From NCBI GenBank assembly GCA_031555055.1, contig JAVBUT010000002.1:75370-139369 (forward strand): 64,000 bases of DNA, written 5' to 3'. Position 1 is the stretch's first letter. The number at the start of each line of letters is the position of its first letter. The DNA is from Alphaproteobacteria bacterium (GTDB lineage Bacteria; Pseudomonadota; Alphaproteobacteria; Rs-D84). The position numbers and the translations under genes were made by a program. Under the pieces are notes generated by a model. That model made no database searches. It was not told the DNA's origin and was given only the letters and a program-made list of their open reading frames with translations. Below, piece by piece: positions 8,194 to 17,603 of this stretch.

Positions 8194-8852
8194 GAAACTC
8201 TGATATCCGTCTTGTATTAGTATCATGCTGTGCGCCGTGCAGCGCGGGCGCAATCAAACAATTAGTGGATATATGCTCCTTGTCAAACTCCCCCCTTGCG
8301 GGGGAGTCGACCACGCTGTCATGCGGGTCGGTAGGGGGTATAACAAACAATGCAGATACCCCCCACCGGCGCTACGTGTCGACTCCACCACAAGGGGGGA
8401 GTTTAACCGACTTCATCGTATTATTTTATAACCCTAATATTTATCCCGATACGGAATATCAAAAAAGACTGGCCGAGCAGGTTCGATACTGCGAATCACT
8501 TGGCGTGAAATATCATGTCGGCAATTATGATCATACTGCGTGGCTGCGCGAGATTGCAGGTACCGAATCCGAACCGGAACGCGGCGCACGATGTTCCAGA
8601 TGTTTCAAGTATCGCTTTAAATACGCCGCAGAATTCGCACGCACCAACGGATATAATGCAATTGCCAGCGTACTTGGTGTATCACGCCATAAAGATCAAT
8701 CGCAAGTCGATGCCGCTGCCATAAATGTTTTGACCGACATTAAATACATCCCGATTAAGTGGGATGACGAATTAAGATCAAAAATCAATAAAAAAGCCGG
8801 CTTTTACAGGCAAAATTATTGTGGTTGCGAATTCTCTATCCGGAAAGTATAA
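8190..8852 (+). CDS. queH: epoxyqueuosine reductase QueH (DUF208) carrying a 40-codon repeat insertion
   Basis: Conserved Cys motifs CCAPCS, RCSRCF and NYCGCEFS plus FYNPNIYP..EY match QueH. The segment SNSPLAGESTTLSCGSVGGITNNADTPHRRYVSTPPQGGSL is encoded by the palindromic element at 8285-8404. Confidence 0.75.
   Translation: MRNSDIRLVLVSCCAPCSAGAIKQLVDICSLSNSPLAGESTTLSCGSVGGITNNADTPHRRYVSTPPQGGSLTDFIVLFYNPNIYPDTEYQKRLAEQVRYCESLGVKYHVGNYDHTAWLREIAGTESEPERGARCSRCFKYRFKYAAEFARTNGYNAIASVLGVSRHKDQSQVDAAAINVLTDIKYIPIKWDDELRSKINKKAGFYRQNYCGCEFSIRKV
8285..8404. repeat. 120-bp GC-rich palindromic element inserted in-frame in queH (RPE-like)
   Basis: aaactcccccctTG...CAaggggggagttt are the outer arms, and gggggagtcgac/gtcgactcc and ggtagggggta/tacccccc(a)cc are inner arms. 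Related copies lie at 17900-17960 and 44078-44108. Confidence 0.8.
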
Positions 8853-8882
8853 TTTATTTATAATTATAATAAGGAGTATCGC

Positions 8883-9758
8883 ATGTCTTCCATTTTCGTA
8901 TTCCCAGGCCAAGGGTCCCAGACCGTCGGCATGGGCAAAGAACTGTTTGATAACCATGAAATCGCGCGCCGCGTATTCGAAGAAGTTGACGACGCGCTGA
9001 ACCAGAAACTGTCCGATATTATATTCAACGGTCCAATGGAAACACTTACCATGACTGCAAATGTTCAGCCTGCAATTATGGCGGTTTCAATCGCAATGTT
9101 TCGGGCGTCTGGACTTGAAATCACGCCTTATGTCGCGGGCCACAGCCTGGGCGAATATTCCGCGTTGTGCGCGGCGGGATCATTATCACTGACGGATACG
9201 GCGCGTCTGTTGCGTCTGCGCGGTGACGCGATGCAGCGCGCGGTTCCGGTTGGCGTCGGCATGGTGTCTGTTATTATGGGATTGGATATAGACAAGGTCA
9301 CTGACATTTGTCGTGACACCGGGGCCGAAGTCGCAAATGACAACACACCCGGCCAGGTTGTAATATCCGGTCTGAAAGAAAATGTCGAACGCGCAATGGA
9401 AATCGCGAAAGAGCAGGGCGCCAAACGTGCAATGCCACTGCCATTGTCTGCGCCGGTTCACTGTTCGTTGCAAGAGGGGGCCGCGGACGAAATGCGTGCC
9501 GCCTTGGCCGACATTGATATGAAAATGCCAAAGGTTCCATTGATCTCTAACAAAACATGTACACCGCTGCACGGGCCGGCCGACATCAAAGAAGCGCTGG
9601 TATATCAGATAACGCATGGCGTACGCTGGCGCGAATCGGTGTTGGCAATGCCGGCACTGGGGATTACCGAAACAATCGAAGTCGGCCCGGGCAACGTGCT
9701 GACGGGCCTGACACCGCGCATCGTAGATTCCATGACATCCAGAAAGTTGGAGATATAA
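8883..9758 (+). CDS. fabD: malonyl-CoA:ACP transacylase
   Basis: FVFPGQGSQTVGMG and the active site GHSLGEYSAL. Confidence 0.9.
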   Translation: MSSIFVFPGQGSQTVGMGKELFDNHEIARRVFEEVDDALNQKLSDIIFNGPMETLTMTANVQPAIMAVSIAMFRASGLEITPYVAGHSLGEYSALCAAGSLSLTDTARLLRLRGDAMQRAVPVGVGMVSVIMGLDIDKVTDICRDTGAEVANDNTPGQVVISGLKENVERAMEIAKEQGAKRAMPLPLSAPVHCSLQEGAADEMRAALADIDMKMPKVPLISNKTCTPLHGPADIKEALVYQITHGVRWRESVLAMPALGITETIEVGPGNVLTGLTPRIVDSMTSRKLEI

Positions 9759-9762
9759 ACCA

Positions 9763-10029
9763 ATGCCGGAATGGTTGCTGATATTGTCAGAGATTATTAT
9801 ATTCGTCTGTGGCACAGGCGCAATTTGGCTGTTAAACCAGAATAACAAATATTCCAAGTACGGCGTATTGCTGGGGCTGTTTTCGGAACCGTTCTGGTTC
9901 GTATCCGCATACCACAGCCGTTCTTGGGGAATATTCGCGCTGACGTTCATATACACCGTATCATACATCGTTGGCGTATATAATTTCTGGTTCAGAAAAA
10001 AACAAACAAAATCAAAAAGCAAAAGGTAA
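9763..10029 (+). CDS. small integral membrane protein (hypothetical)
   Basis: 88 aa with three hydrophobic segments and a basic tail. It fills the fabD-fabG gap. Confidence 0.4.
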   Translation: MPEWLLILSEIIIFVCGTGAIWLLNQNNKYSKYGVLLGLFSEPFWFVSAYHSRSWGIFALTFIYTVSYIVGVYNFWFRKKQTKSKSKR

Positions 10030-10033
10030 AGAA

Positions 10034-10759
10034 ATGATATTAAAAGATAAAGTCGCGCTAATCACCGGCGCGACCGGCGGAATCGGCGGCGCAATCGCAC
10101 GCGAATTTAAGAATGTCGGCGCGACTGTTGTGGTGACCGGACGTTCTATGGAAAAATTAAACGCGGAATTTGATGACGGCTATATCAAAATCTCGGTTGA
10201 TATTTCCAAAGACGGTGCGGCCGACGAATTAATCAAAAGCACAATCGAGTCAGCTGGAAAAATCGATATCTTGGTCAATAACGCCGGCATTACCAAGGAT
10301 ACATTGTTAATGCGCATGACGGACGAACAGTTCGATGATGTTATCAACACCAACTTGCGCAGCTGTTTTAAACTGTGCCGCGCGGTAATTATGCCGATGA
10401 TCAAAAACAAGGGTGGCCGGATTATAAATATGGCGTCAATTATCGGTGCGATCGGCGGGCCGGGCCAGGCGAACTATGCGGCCAGCAAAGGCGGCATGAT
10501 CGCGATGACAAAATCCATTGCGGCGGAATACGCGTCGCGCGGGATTACTGCGAACTGTGTCGCACCAGGCTTTATCAAAACGCCGATGACGGATGTTTTG
10601 ACCGACGAATTAAAAGACGCGTATCTGAAACAAATCCCCGCCGGCAGATTCGGCGAACCAAGCGACATTGCGAATGCATGTATATTCTTGGCGTCTGATA
10701 TGGCATCGTATATCACCGGCCAGACAATCCACGTAAACGGCGGAATGGGAAGGTTTTAA
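10034..10759 (+). CDS. fabG: 3-oxoacyl-ACP reductase
   Basis: SDR motifs TGATGGIGGAIA, NNAG and YAASKGG in fabD context. I chose ATG 10034 (MILKDKVALITG) over the upstream track start. Confidence 0.85.
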   Translation: MILKDKVALITGATGGIGGAIAREFKNVGATVVVTGRSMEKLNAEFDDGYIKISVDISKDGAADELIKSTIESAGKIDILVNNAGITKDTLLMRMTDEQFDDVINTNLRSCFKLCRAVIMPMIKNKGGRIINMASIIGAIGGPGQANYAASKGGMIAMTKSIAAEYASRGITANCVAPGFIKTPMTDVLTDELKDAYLKQIPAGRFGEPSDIANACIFLASDMASYITGQTIHVNGGMGRF

Positions 10760-10763
10760 AAAC

Positions 10764-10835
10764 TAGCGCATAGCGAGATAGCAAATAGCGCATAGCGTTA
10801 TAGCGAAATCACTAATCACTATACGCTATGCGCTA
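10764..10835. repeat. 7-nt tandem array with palindromic ends (TAGCGCA family)
   Basis: tagcgca tagcgag atagcaa atagcgc atagcgt tatagcg aaatcac taatcac tatacgc tatgcgc ta. The ends tagcgcatagcg and cgctatgcgcta are inverted. The array runs into the candidate mnmG start codons. Confidence 0.85.
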
Positions 10836-12514
10836 TGAACTATATGCTAATGTTAAATTACGACGTAATCATCATCGGTGGGGGGCATGCGGGCGTGGAA
10901 AGCGCAACCGCATCTGCGCGCCGTGGCGCAAACACACTGCTGATTACAAAATCAAAATCCGACCTGGGGGCGATGTCATGCAATCCATCGATCGGTGGTC
11001 CCGGCAAATCACAAATGGTCGCAGAAATGGACGCACTGGGCGGGATTATGCCAATTGCGGCAGATCGCGCGGGAATTCATTGGCGAACGCTGAACGCGAC
11101 CCATGGCGCGGCAACGACGGCCTTGCGCGCGCAGATTGATCGTAAAAAATATCACAACGCGATTGTGGAAATACTATCAGATTATCCGAATTTGACTGTC
11201 GAGTTTGGCGATGTTGAAACATTGGATTTAGAAAATAAAATCGTCAATGGAAACTATTCGGCGCACGCGATTGTTTTAACCACGGGGACTTTCCTGGGCG
11301 GACTGGTCACACGCGGGGCCGAAAAAATCGAATCAGGTCGTCTGCGCGACGATAATACATACCAGGAAAACGATAAAAATATATCAAAAATACTGCAAAA
11401 GGCCGGCTTTTCGATATTAAGATTGAAAACCGGAACGCCCGCACGCATATGGCGCGATTCGATTGATTTTTCCGTCTGCGAAGTGCAATCCAGTGATCTG
11501 GAACACGAATATTTTTCCGGAACGCCACGAATCACGAATCACGAACCACAAATCACGAATTGCTATATCACACACACAAACGAATCTGTTCATCAGTTTA
11601 TCCGCGATAATATTACCGACGCGCCGATGTATAACGGCGATATAACAGGCACCGGGCCGCGATATTGCCCAAGTCTGGAAGACAAGGTCATGCGTTTTCC
11701 GGAACACAAATCGCACCATGTTTTTCTGGAACCCGAAGGCACGGACAGTGATCTGATTTATCCCAACGGAATTTCAACCAGTATGAGTGCCGACGCCCAG
11801 GACAAATGGATACGCATGATCCCAGGACTGGAGAATGCGCGGATCGAACGGTACGGATATGCGATCGAATATGACGCGATTGACGCACGTGCACTGAAAC
11901 CGACGTTGGAATCCAAAGATATTCCGGGACTGTTTTTTGCCGGCCAGATCAACGGCACATCCGGATACGAAGAAGCCGCCGCCCAAGGCATCGTTGCAGG
12001 CGCGAATGCGGCCGGATGTGCGATGGGCGAATATGATTCTCCCATACAAATCGATCGCACGAATTCCATGATCGGGGTTATGATTGACGACATCACAACG
12101 CTGGGCGTGGACGAACCTTACCGTATGTTCACATCACGCGCGGAATTTCGATTGTCGCTGCGCGCGGATAATGCAATTGCGCGTCTGGGTGATATGGCGG
12201 TCAAATTAAATTTGATAACGGAACCCGAACGAAAACAAAAACATGATCAAAAGGCCGGTAAAATCACCGAAAATGATAAATTTTATGCCGGATATATCGC
12301 ACGGAATTTGCGCGAAATCGAAAGTTATAAACGCGATGCAGATTTAAAAATCCCGGAAAATTTCGATTATAAATCATTACCGGGCCTGACCAATGAATTG
12401 GTTGAAAAATTATCCAGAACACGTCCCGCGAATATCGCGTCGCTGGCGCGGATTCCGGGAATTACCCCGGCGGGAATCATGGTCGTACTGCGCAAAATAA
12501 GGACAGGGAATTAA
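10835..12514 (+). CDS. mnmG: tRNA uridine-5-carboxymethylaminomethyl modification enzyme MnmG (GidA)
   Basis: YDVIIIGGGHAGVE FAD motif, GPRYCPSLEDK, and the C-terminal RIPGITPAG. The start is ambiguous (ATG 10835, 10844 or 10850, all in frame). Confidence 0.9.
   Translation: MNYMLMLNYDVIIIGGGHAGVESATASARRGANTLLITKSKSDLGAMSCNPSIGGPGKSQMVAEMDALGGIMPIAADRAGIHWRTLNATHGAATTALRAQIDRKKYHNAIVEILSDYPNLTVEFGDVETLDLENKIVNGNYSAHAIVLTTGTFLGGLVTRGAEKIESGRLRDDNTYQENDKNISKILQKAGFSILRLKTGTPARIWRDSIDFSVCEVQSSDLEHEYFSGTPRITNHEPQITNCYITHTNESVHQFIRDNITDAPMYNGDITGTGPRYCPSLEDKVMRFPEHKSHHVFLEPEGTDSDLIYPNGISTSMSADAQDKWIRMIPGLENARIERYGYAIEYDAIDARALKPTLESKDIPGLFFAGQINGTSGYEEAAAQGIVAGANAAGCAMGEYDSPIQIDRTNSMIGVMIDDITTLGVDEPYRMFTSRAEFRLSLRADNAIARLGDMAVKLNLITEPERKQKHDQKAGKITENDKFYAGYIARNLREIESYKRDADLKIPENFDYKSLPGLTNELVEKLSRTRPANIASLARIPGITPAGIMVVLRKIRTGN
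11526..11560 (+). repeat. 7-nt tandem array inside mnmG
   Basis: cacgaat cacgaat cacgaac cacaaat cacgaat, translated as PRITNHEPQITN. Confidence 0.8.
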
Positions 12515-12515
12515 C

Positions 12516-12977
12516 ATGGCAATATTCAAGACATCTTTGCGTACAGAATATTTTCAAACATATCGTAAATATATGGAAGAAAATATCCCGTCTATAAAAG
12601 CACATTGGGTTTATGGAAACAGTTTGGCAGTTGTAACACTTGAAAACAAGTTTTTTGAAATACGTATGGATGGGCAGAATTTCGGACACAAACCTTTGGA
12701 CTGGACAGATTACGCCTTATTCGGCGACTGGACCACGGTACGTACCGGCGACGGCAAATGGCGAATAATCGCCAGCACCGGCATCATGCACGGGCGCAAA
12801 TTCAATACGAAACCTATATTCATTGATACGGAATCAAACCGGGCCGCAAAGATATATAAAACAATTAATGCAGACGGCAAATACTATGTTATTGATACTG
12901 TAGGCGCCATACGGCCGTGCAATTATTTTTCCGGTGATGATATTGCCAGGCTGTTCGGTGGCAATCCAGGCAAATAA
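12516..12977 (+). CDS. hypothetical protein
   Basis: 153-aa ORF starting 1 nt after the mnmG stop. I recognise no motif. Confidence 0.4.
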   Translation: MAIFKTSLRTEYFQTYRKYMEENIPSIKAHWVYGNSLAVVTLENKFFEIRMDGQNFGHKPLDWTDYALFGDWTTVRTGDGKWRIIASTGIMHGRKFNTKPIFIDTESNRAAKIYKTINADGKYYVIDTVGAIRPCNYFSGDDIARLFGGNPGK

Positions 12978-13037
12978 TTAATACATCATAATTTTATTGA
13001 AAAATCTAAATCCCATGGTTATACTAACGCCGATTAT

Positions 13038-13113
13038 GCCGATGTAGCTCAGCTGGTAGAGCATCTCATTCGTAATGAGGGGGTCGCAAGTTCAAATCCT
13101 GTCATCGGCACCA
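13038..13113 (+). tRNA. tRNA-Thr (anticodon CGT)
   Basis: Acceptor GCCGATG/CATCGGC followed by ACCA. D arm GCTC-AGCTGGTA-GAGC and anticodon loop TTCGTAA. There is one mismatch in the T stem by my fold. Confidence 0.85.
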
Positions 13114-13125
13114 CATAAAATTGTT

Positions 13126-13149
13126 AATGGACGCACTTTTGCGTCCATT
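13126..13149 (+). terminator. hairpin downstream of tRNA-Thr(CGT)
   Basis: aatggacgca-cttt-tgcgtccatt followed by taaaatttt. It is paralogous to the hairpin after tRNA-Thr(GGT). Confidence 0.5.
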
Positions 13150-13331
13150 TAAAATTTTATAGTGCCCACCGTAGTCCGCCAACGGCGCGACGAATGTCGG
13201 GCTATCCAAAAACACATAAAACTTTTTCATCACCGGCTTTTTTGCCGGTTTTTTATTGCGGAATTGCTTCCTGATGATTGTCGGAATCTTTTGTTATAGT
13301 ATTCTGTACAAGTTTACACAAAGGAGAAACT

Positions 13332-13907
13332 ATGAAAAAAATTCTGACCGCAGCATCCGTGCTGTCGGTATTTGCCATACTGCCGGCGTCCGCGGAATTC
13401 TATGGCGCAATCGGCGCTGGTTCAAACCTTAGCAGCGATATAAACGTTTCCGGCCAAGGTGTTGATTTGGACTTGTCGACAGACCCGGGCGTCGCGGCAT
13501 CATTGGCCGTTGGATACCAGATACCGTCATGGTGGCACATACGCGCCGAAGCGGAATATCTGTTTATTGGCGCCAATATTAAAAACCACCCGGTCAGCGA
13601 CGCCATGCAGTTGCGCACCCAAGGCGGAATGTTGAACGCATACATACCGATACCGATTCCCGTGGTCCAGTTGTACGCCGGTGCCGGTATCGGATACATG
13701 ATGGCGACCGGATATGACAAGAACGCCGACATCGGAAACACCAGCGATTTCAAAGTCGCATACCAGGCCATCGTGGGTGTCGAAATCGAAATGCCTGTTA
13801 TCAAGGCACTGGGGATCGAAGCGCGATATTTGCGCGTCGAAGCCGATTTCCCAGGCGTCAATGTTAACGGCGACCACTGGCTGCTGATGCTGCGCGCACG
13901 TTTTTAA
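13332..13907 (+). CDS. outer-membrane beta-barrel protein (OmpW/Opa-like small porin family)
   Basis: AAGGAG (13321-13326) precedes ATG 13332. The signal peptide is MKKILTAASVLSVFAILPASA. Alternating beta-strand patterning ends in a C-terminal aromatic residue (LRARF). Confidence 0.65.
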   Translation: MKKILTAASVLSVFAILPASAEFYGAIGAGSNLSSDINVSGQGVDLDLSTDPGVAASLAVGYQIPSWWHIRAEAEYLFIGANIKNHPVSDAMQLRTQGGMLNAYIPIPIPVVQLYAGAGIGYMMATGYDKNADIGNTSDFKVAYQAIVGVEIEMPVIKALGIEARYLRVEADFPGVNVNGDHWLLMLRARF

Positions 13908-13927
13908 CCGACCAGCTTGACTTTACA

Positions 13928-13953
13928 AAAACCGGCGCATTGCCGGTTTTTTT
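13928..13953 (+). terminator. rho-independent terminator
   Basis: aaaccggc-gcatt-gccggttttttt. Confidence 0.65.
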
Positions 13954-14102
13954 AACTTTTTTGTGGAAATCGCAAAATATATGTACTAAAATTACACCCA
14001 TGAACAAAAAACAGATCATTATAAAATAACTGGCACACGCGCTTTGGCGGTGGCTGGGGCGCACGGCGTCCCTATTTTTTTATAAAAAAGGTATTAAACA
14101 CG

Positions 14103-17100
14103 ATGTCATATAAAAAGACAGATGCAAAAGCGAATTTTACGGCGATCGAACACGAAATGCTGAACGCATGGCGCAGTGGAAATATATTCCATAAATCGCT
14201 GAAACAGACCGAATCCGGAAAACCGTTCAGCTTTTATGACGGACCGCCGTTTGGAAACGGTCTGCCGCACTGGGGGCACTTGGGCGTAACCGCGGTAAAA
14301 GATATGGTATGCAGATACCAGACGATGACTGGTCGCCATGTCCAGCGCGAGCTGGGGTGGGACTGTCACGGATTGCCGGCGGAAAATTCGGTCGAGAAAA
14401 AACAAAAGCGCAGCGCCAAGGATATTGTCGCAAATGACGGCATGGACGTGTTCTGTGATATGTGCCGCATTGACGTCATGACATATACCAAAGAATGGGG
14501 CAGATTTATCGAACGTATGGGTCGCTGGGTTGATATCGGCGACGAATACGGATATCGCACAATGGACCGCGATTATATGGAATCCATGCTGTGGACCTTG
14601 AAAACACTGTATGACCGCGGACTGCTGTACAAGGATTATTCCGTAAACTGGTTCGACTGGGTCAATGGCACAATCGTTTCCAATTCCGAAGCGTCCCAGG
14701 ATTACCGTGATGTTGTCGACGACGCAGTAACGGTATGGTTTGGGCTGGAGAACGGCAGACGGGTTTTGGCATGGACAACGACGCCATGGACGCTGCCTGC
14801 AAACTCTGCCTTGGCCGTGAATCCAAAAATGCAATATGCCGTTATGCGGGACAACGACGGCGCGGAATACATCATCGCAGAATCCAGATTGACCGCCTAT
14901 GAAAAACAGTTCGCAGATGCGACACGCGTCGGCACAATATCTGGCGCGGACCTGGTCGGTTTAAAATATGCACCACTGTTCAATTATTATACCGATGAAA
15001 AGCTGTACCGCATAATTTCCGCCGATTACGTCAGCGACGGCGACGGTACCGGAATCGTGCACATTGCGCCGGCGTATGGCGCCGAAGATTTTTGGGCGGT
15101 AAAGAACATCGACCCGGAATTCCCGGTCATCCTGAACGTCGACAACTATGGAAACTTTACGGCCGATGTTACTGATTTTGCAGGCCAGAATATCTTTGCG
15201 GCCGGGCCACAGATTATCGAAAACCTTAAAAAGGCCGGTAATTTGGTCAAAAAAGAACAATACAAGCACAACTATCCGTACGGCGACCGGTCGCACGAAA
15301 AGTTGATCCAGCGCGCGACTGATTCCTGGTATATCAATGTGCCAAAAATCAAGGATAAACTGCTGGCTAATAATGCAAAGGTTAATTGGACTTCGGCTGG
15401 CGAGCGTTTCCGCGCATGGATTGAAAATGCGCGTCCTTGGGCGATTTCGCGCAACCGTTTCTGGGGAACACCATTGCCGATCTGGACACGTGGCGGCGAA
15501 TTCAAAGTATTCGGATCAATCGCAGAATTGGAAGAATTCTTTGGCGTAAAGATAAACGATCTGCATCGCCCGACATTGGATGCATTGGAAAAAGACGGCT
15601 GGAAACGCATTCCGGACGTTCTGGATTGTTGGGTGGAATCCGGGTCAATGCCATGGGCGTCGCTGCACTATCCGTTCGAAAACACCGACAAATTCAATGC
15701 AACATTTCCGGCGGATTATATTATCGAAGGCCAAGATCAAACCCGCGGATGGTTCTATGCGCTGATGGTTTTGGCGACCGCATTGTTTGATCAGCCTGCA
15801 TTTATGACCGTATCTGCGAACGGTATGATCGTTGATGAAAACAAAAAGAAATTTTCAAAATCATTAGGTAACTTTGTAAATCCCGAAGGACAAATTGAAC
15901 AGTTTGGCGCAGACGCGATCCGCCTGTTCATCCTGGGGTCTAATTTCATGAAGGCCGAGCCTGTCCCCGTCGACAAGGAAGGCAAAGTATTTGCCGAGCC
16001 GATAAAATCGGTCCTGACTCCGTTATGGAATGCGTATCATTTCTTTACGCTGTATGCGAATGCTGGGGATATAAGTGTCAGTGTCAGTGACAGTGTCAGT
16101 GACAGTGTCACCAGAAATATCCTTGACCAATATATTGTCGCAGAATTGGATAGTTTGGTCATCGTCGCGCGCGACGCACTGGACGCATATGCACCAGACC
16201 GTGCACTTGCCAGTGTCACAAGGTTCTTGGACATTTTAAACAACTGGTACATACGTCGTTCACGGGAACGTTTCTGGGACGAAGAGCAGGGCGCATTCGA
16301 TACACTGTACTTTGTTCTGACCGAGCTTTGTAAATTGCTGGCGCCATTCGCACCGTTTATATCAGACTATATCTATAAAAATCTGACAGGCGCAGAATCC
16401 GTGCATCTAGAGAAGTTCCCAGGAATCAAGAATCAAGAATCAGATGCTAATAGTCTGCTGGCCAATATGCGCCAGATTCAAACAATCGTATCCGTCGGGA
16501 AACAGTTGCGTGAAAAGTATGGTATGCGTAATCGCTTGCCGTTGGCATCTATGACGCTGGCTGCGACAAACATCGGCGCGTTTGATAATGCGTACAAAGA
16601 AATTATCGCAGACGAACTGAACGTCAAAAACGTAAACATCGTTGATGAAATTTCATCAGTTGCTGACAGTTTTGTATACCTGATCACGCCGAAAATCGGT
16701 GCGCGTCTGGGTGGCGCGTTGAAAGAAATCATCCCGGCCGTCAAGAATGGAAATTACACTATCGACAACGGGCAACTTATTGTCGATACGATTCACGATT
16801 CACAGTTCACGATTCACGACGATGAATTCGAATCACGTTTAACCATAAAGCCGGGCATCACCGGCGCGGCGCTGCCGGATAATACTGCGGTGGTTGTTCT
16901 GGATACCGAATTGAATTCGGAATTGATCGCCGAAGGTTTGGCAAACGACGCATTGCGCTTTATCCAGGATACGCGCAAGACCGTTGGGTTAAATGTTTCC
17001 GATCGCATAACACTGGAATACAGTGCTGATCCTGCATTGGCGGATGCGATGGAATCGCATCGCGCACGTATCATGGCCGACACATTGGCAACTGATATGA

Positions 17101-17171
17101 TCCGCGGGGCCGGCGAACATTCGACCGAAATCGAAGGATATAATTTTGCAATAACGATCAAAAAGGCATAA
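14103..17171 (+). CDS. ileS: isoleucyl-tRNA synthetase, type 2 (eukaryote-like)
   Basis: FYDGPPFGNGLPHWGH (type-2 style HIGH region) and KFSKSLGN (KMSKS). It is 1022 aa and carries three in-frame short-repeat arrays. Confidence 0.9.
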   Translation: MSYKKTDAKANFTAIEHEMLNAWRSGNIFHKSLKQTESGKPFSFYDGPPFGNGLPHWGHLGVTAVKDMVCRYQTMTGRHVQRELGWDCHGLPAENSVEKKQKRSAKDIVANDGMDVFCDMCRIDVMTYTKEWGRFIERMGRWVDIGDEYGYRTMDRDYMESMLWTLKTLYDRGLLYKDYSVNWFDWVNGTIVSNSEASQDYRDVVDDAVTVWFGLENGRRVLAWTTTPWTLPANSALAVNPKMQYAVMRDNDGAEYIIAESRLTAYEKQFADATRVGTISGADLVGLKYAPLFNYYTDEKLYRIISADYVSDGDGTGIVHIAPAYGAEDFWAVKNIDPEFPVILNVDNYGNFTADVTDFAGQNIFAAGPQIIENLKKAGNLVKKEQYKHNYPYGDRSHEKLIQRATDSWYINVPKIKDKLLANNAKVNWTSAGERFRAWIENARPWAISRNRFWGTPLPIWTRGGEFKVFGSIAELEEFFGVKINDLHRPTLDALEKDGWKRIPDVLDCWVESGSMPWASLHYPFENTDKFNATFPADYIIEGQDQTRGWFYALMVLATALFDQPAFMTVSANGMIVDENKKKFSKSLGNFVNPEGQIEQFGADAIRLFILGSNFMKAEPVPVDKEGKVFAEPIKSVLTPLWNAYHFFTLYANAGDISVSVSDSVSDSVTRNILDQYIVAELDSLVIVARDALDAYAPDRALASVTRFLDILNNWYIRRSRERFWDEEQGAFDTLYFVLTELCKLLAPFAPFISDYIYKNLTGAESVHLEKFPGIKNQESDANSLLANMRQIQTIVSVGKQLREKYGMRNRLPLASMTLAATNIGAFDNAYKEIIADELNVKNVNIVDEISSVADSFVYLITPKIGARLGGALKEIIPAVKNGNYTIDNGQLIVDTIHDSQFTIHDDEFESRLTIKPGITGAALPDNTAVVVLDTELNSELIAEGLANDALRFIQDTRKTVGLNVSDRITLEYSADPALADAMESHRARIMADTLATDMIRGAGEHSTEIEGYNFAITIKKA
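16074..16109 (+). repeat. 6-nt tandem array (AGTGTC/AGTGAC) inside ileS
   Basis: Six hexamer units, translated as SVSVSDSVSDSV. Confidence 0.85.
16421..16444 (+). repeat. 7-nt tandem array inside ileS
   Basis: aggaatc aagaatc aagaatc aga, translated as GIKNQESD. Confidence 0.8.
16788..16820 (+). repeat. 7-nt tandem array inside ileS (inverse orientation of the AATCGTG family)
   Basis: acgattc acgattc acagttc acgattc acgac, translated as TIHDSQFTIHDD. Confidence 0.8.
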
Positions 17172-17174
17172 GGA

Positions 17175-17603
17175 ATGACAAAAAAGAAAGAAATTATAAA
17201 CGCGGCAGAAAAAAAGTTCGTGGGCAAAATGCACCCGATTACAAAAAAGTATCTGGAACAATTGTACGGTATGACCCGAATATTCGCTTCATGCGACGCC
17301 TTTGGAAATTACACAGATACCGAAGATTGTTTCTGCATATACCCAAACAACAAGGACCAGATCGGACAAATTACAAATCTGCTGGCGATGGTAGGTGTTC
17401 AAAAAATAAAAGAAATAACCGTCAAGGCACCGAAAACGGAAACAGTGATTCTGTTGCCATATCTGGCCAGCAATATTGGATTCCAACGCATTGCGGTCGA
17501 AATGATCGCAAAAGAATTCAAAGACATGGCCCATAAAAACAATGACCTGATGTTTTCATCGATAAAACAAATGTACGCCGCCGAACAAGGCAAAAACAGG
17601 TAA
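17175..17603 (+). CDS. hypothetical protein
   Basis: 142-aa ORF tightly packed between ileS and nth. Its stop overlaps the nth start. Confidence 0.4.
   Translation: MTKKKEIINAAEKKFVGKMHPITKKYLEQLYGMTRIFASCDAFGNYTDTEDCFCIYPNNKDQIGQITNLLAMVGVQKIKEITVKAPKTETVILLPYLASNIGFQRIAVEMIAKEFKDMAHKNNDLMFSSIKQMYAAEQGKNR

Noticed and set aside
9186-10022. 278-aa minus-strand ORF overlapping fabD and the small membrane gene
   Set aside because: It is antisense to a clearly recognisable fabD (GQGSQ, GHSLGE motifs). Its sequence is low-complexity and rich in Arg, Cys and His, typical of a shadow ORF.
14106-14834. 242-aa minus-strand ORF, plus similar long antisense ORFs at 18261-18971 (+), 4219-4785 (-), 51328-52095 (-), 52342-52998 (-), 27512-28081 (-) and 20878-21685 (+)
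   Set aside because: Each lies opposite a gene with unambiguous family motifs (ileS, pheT, UDG, gyrB, topA, pheS). None has a recognisable motif or a ribosome-binding site.
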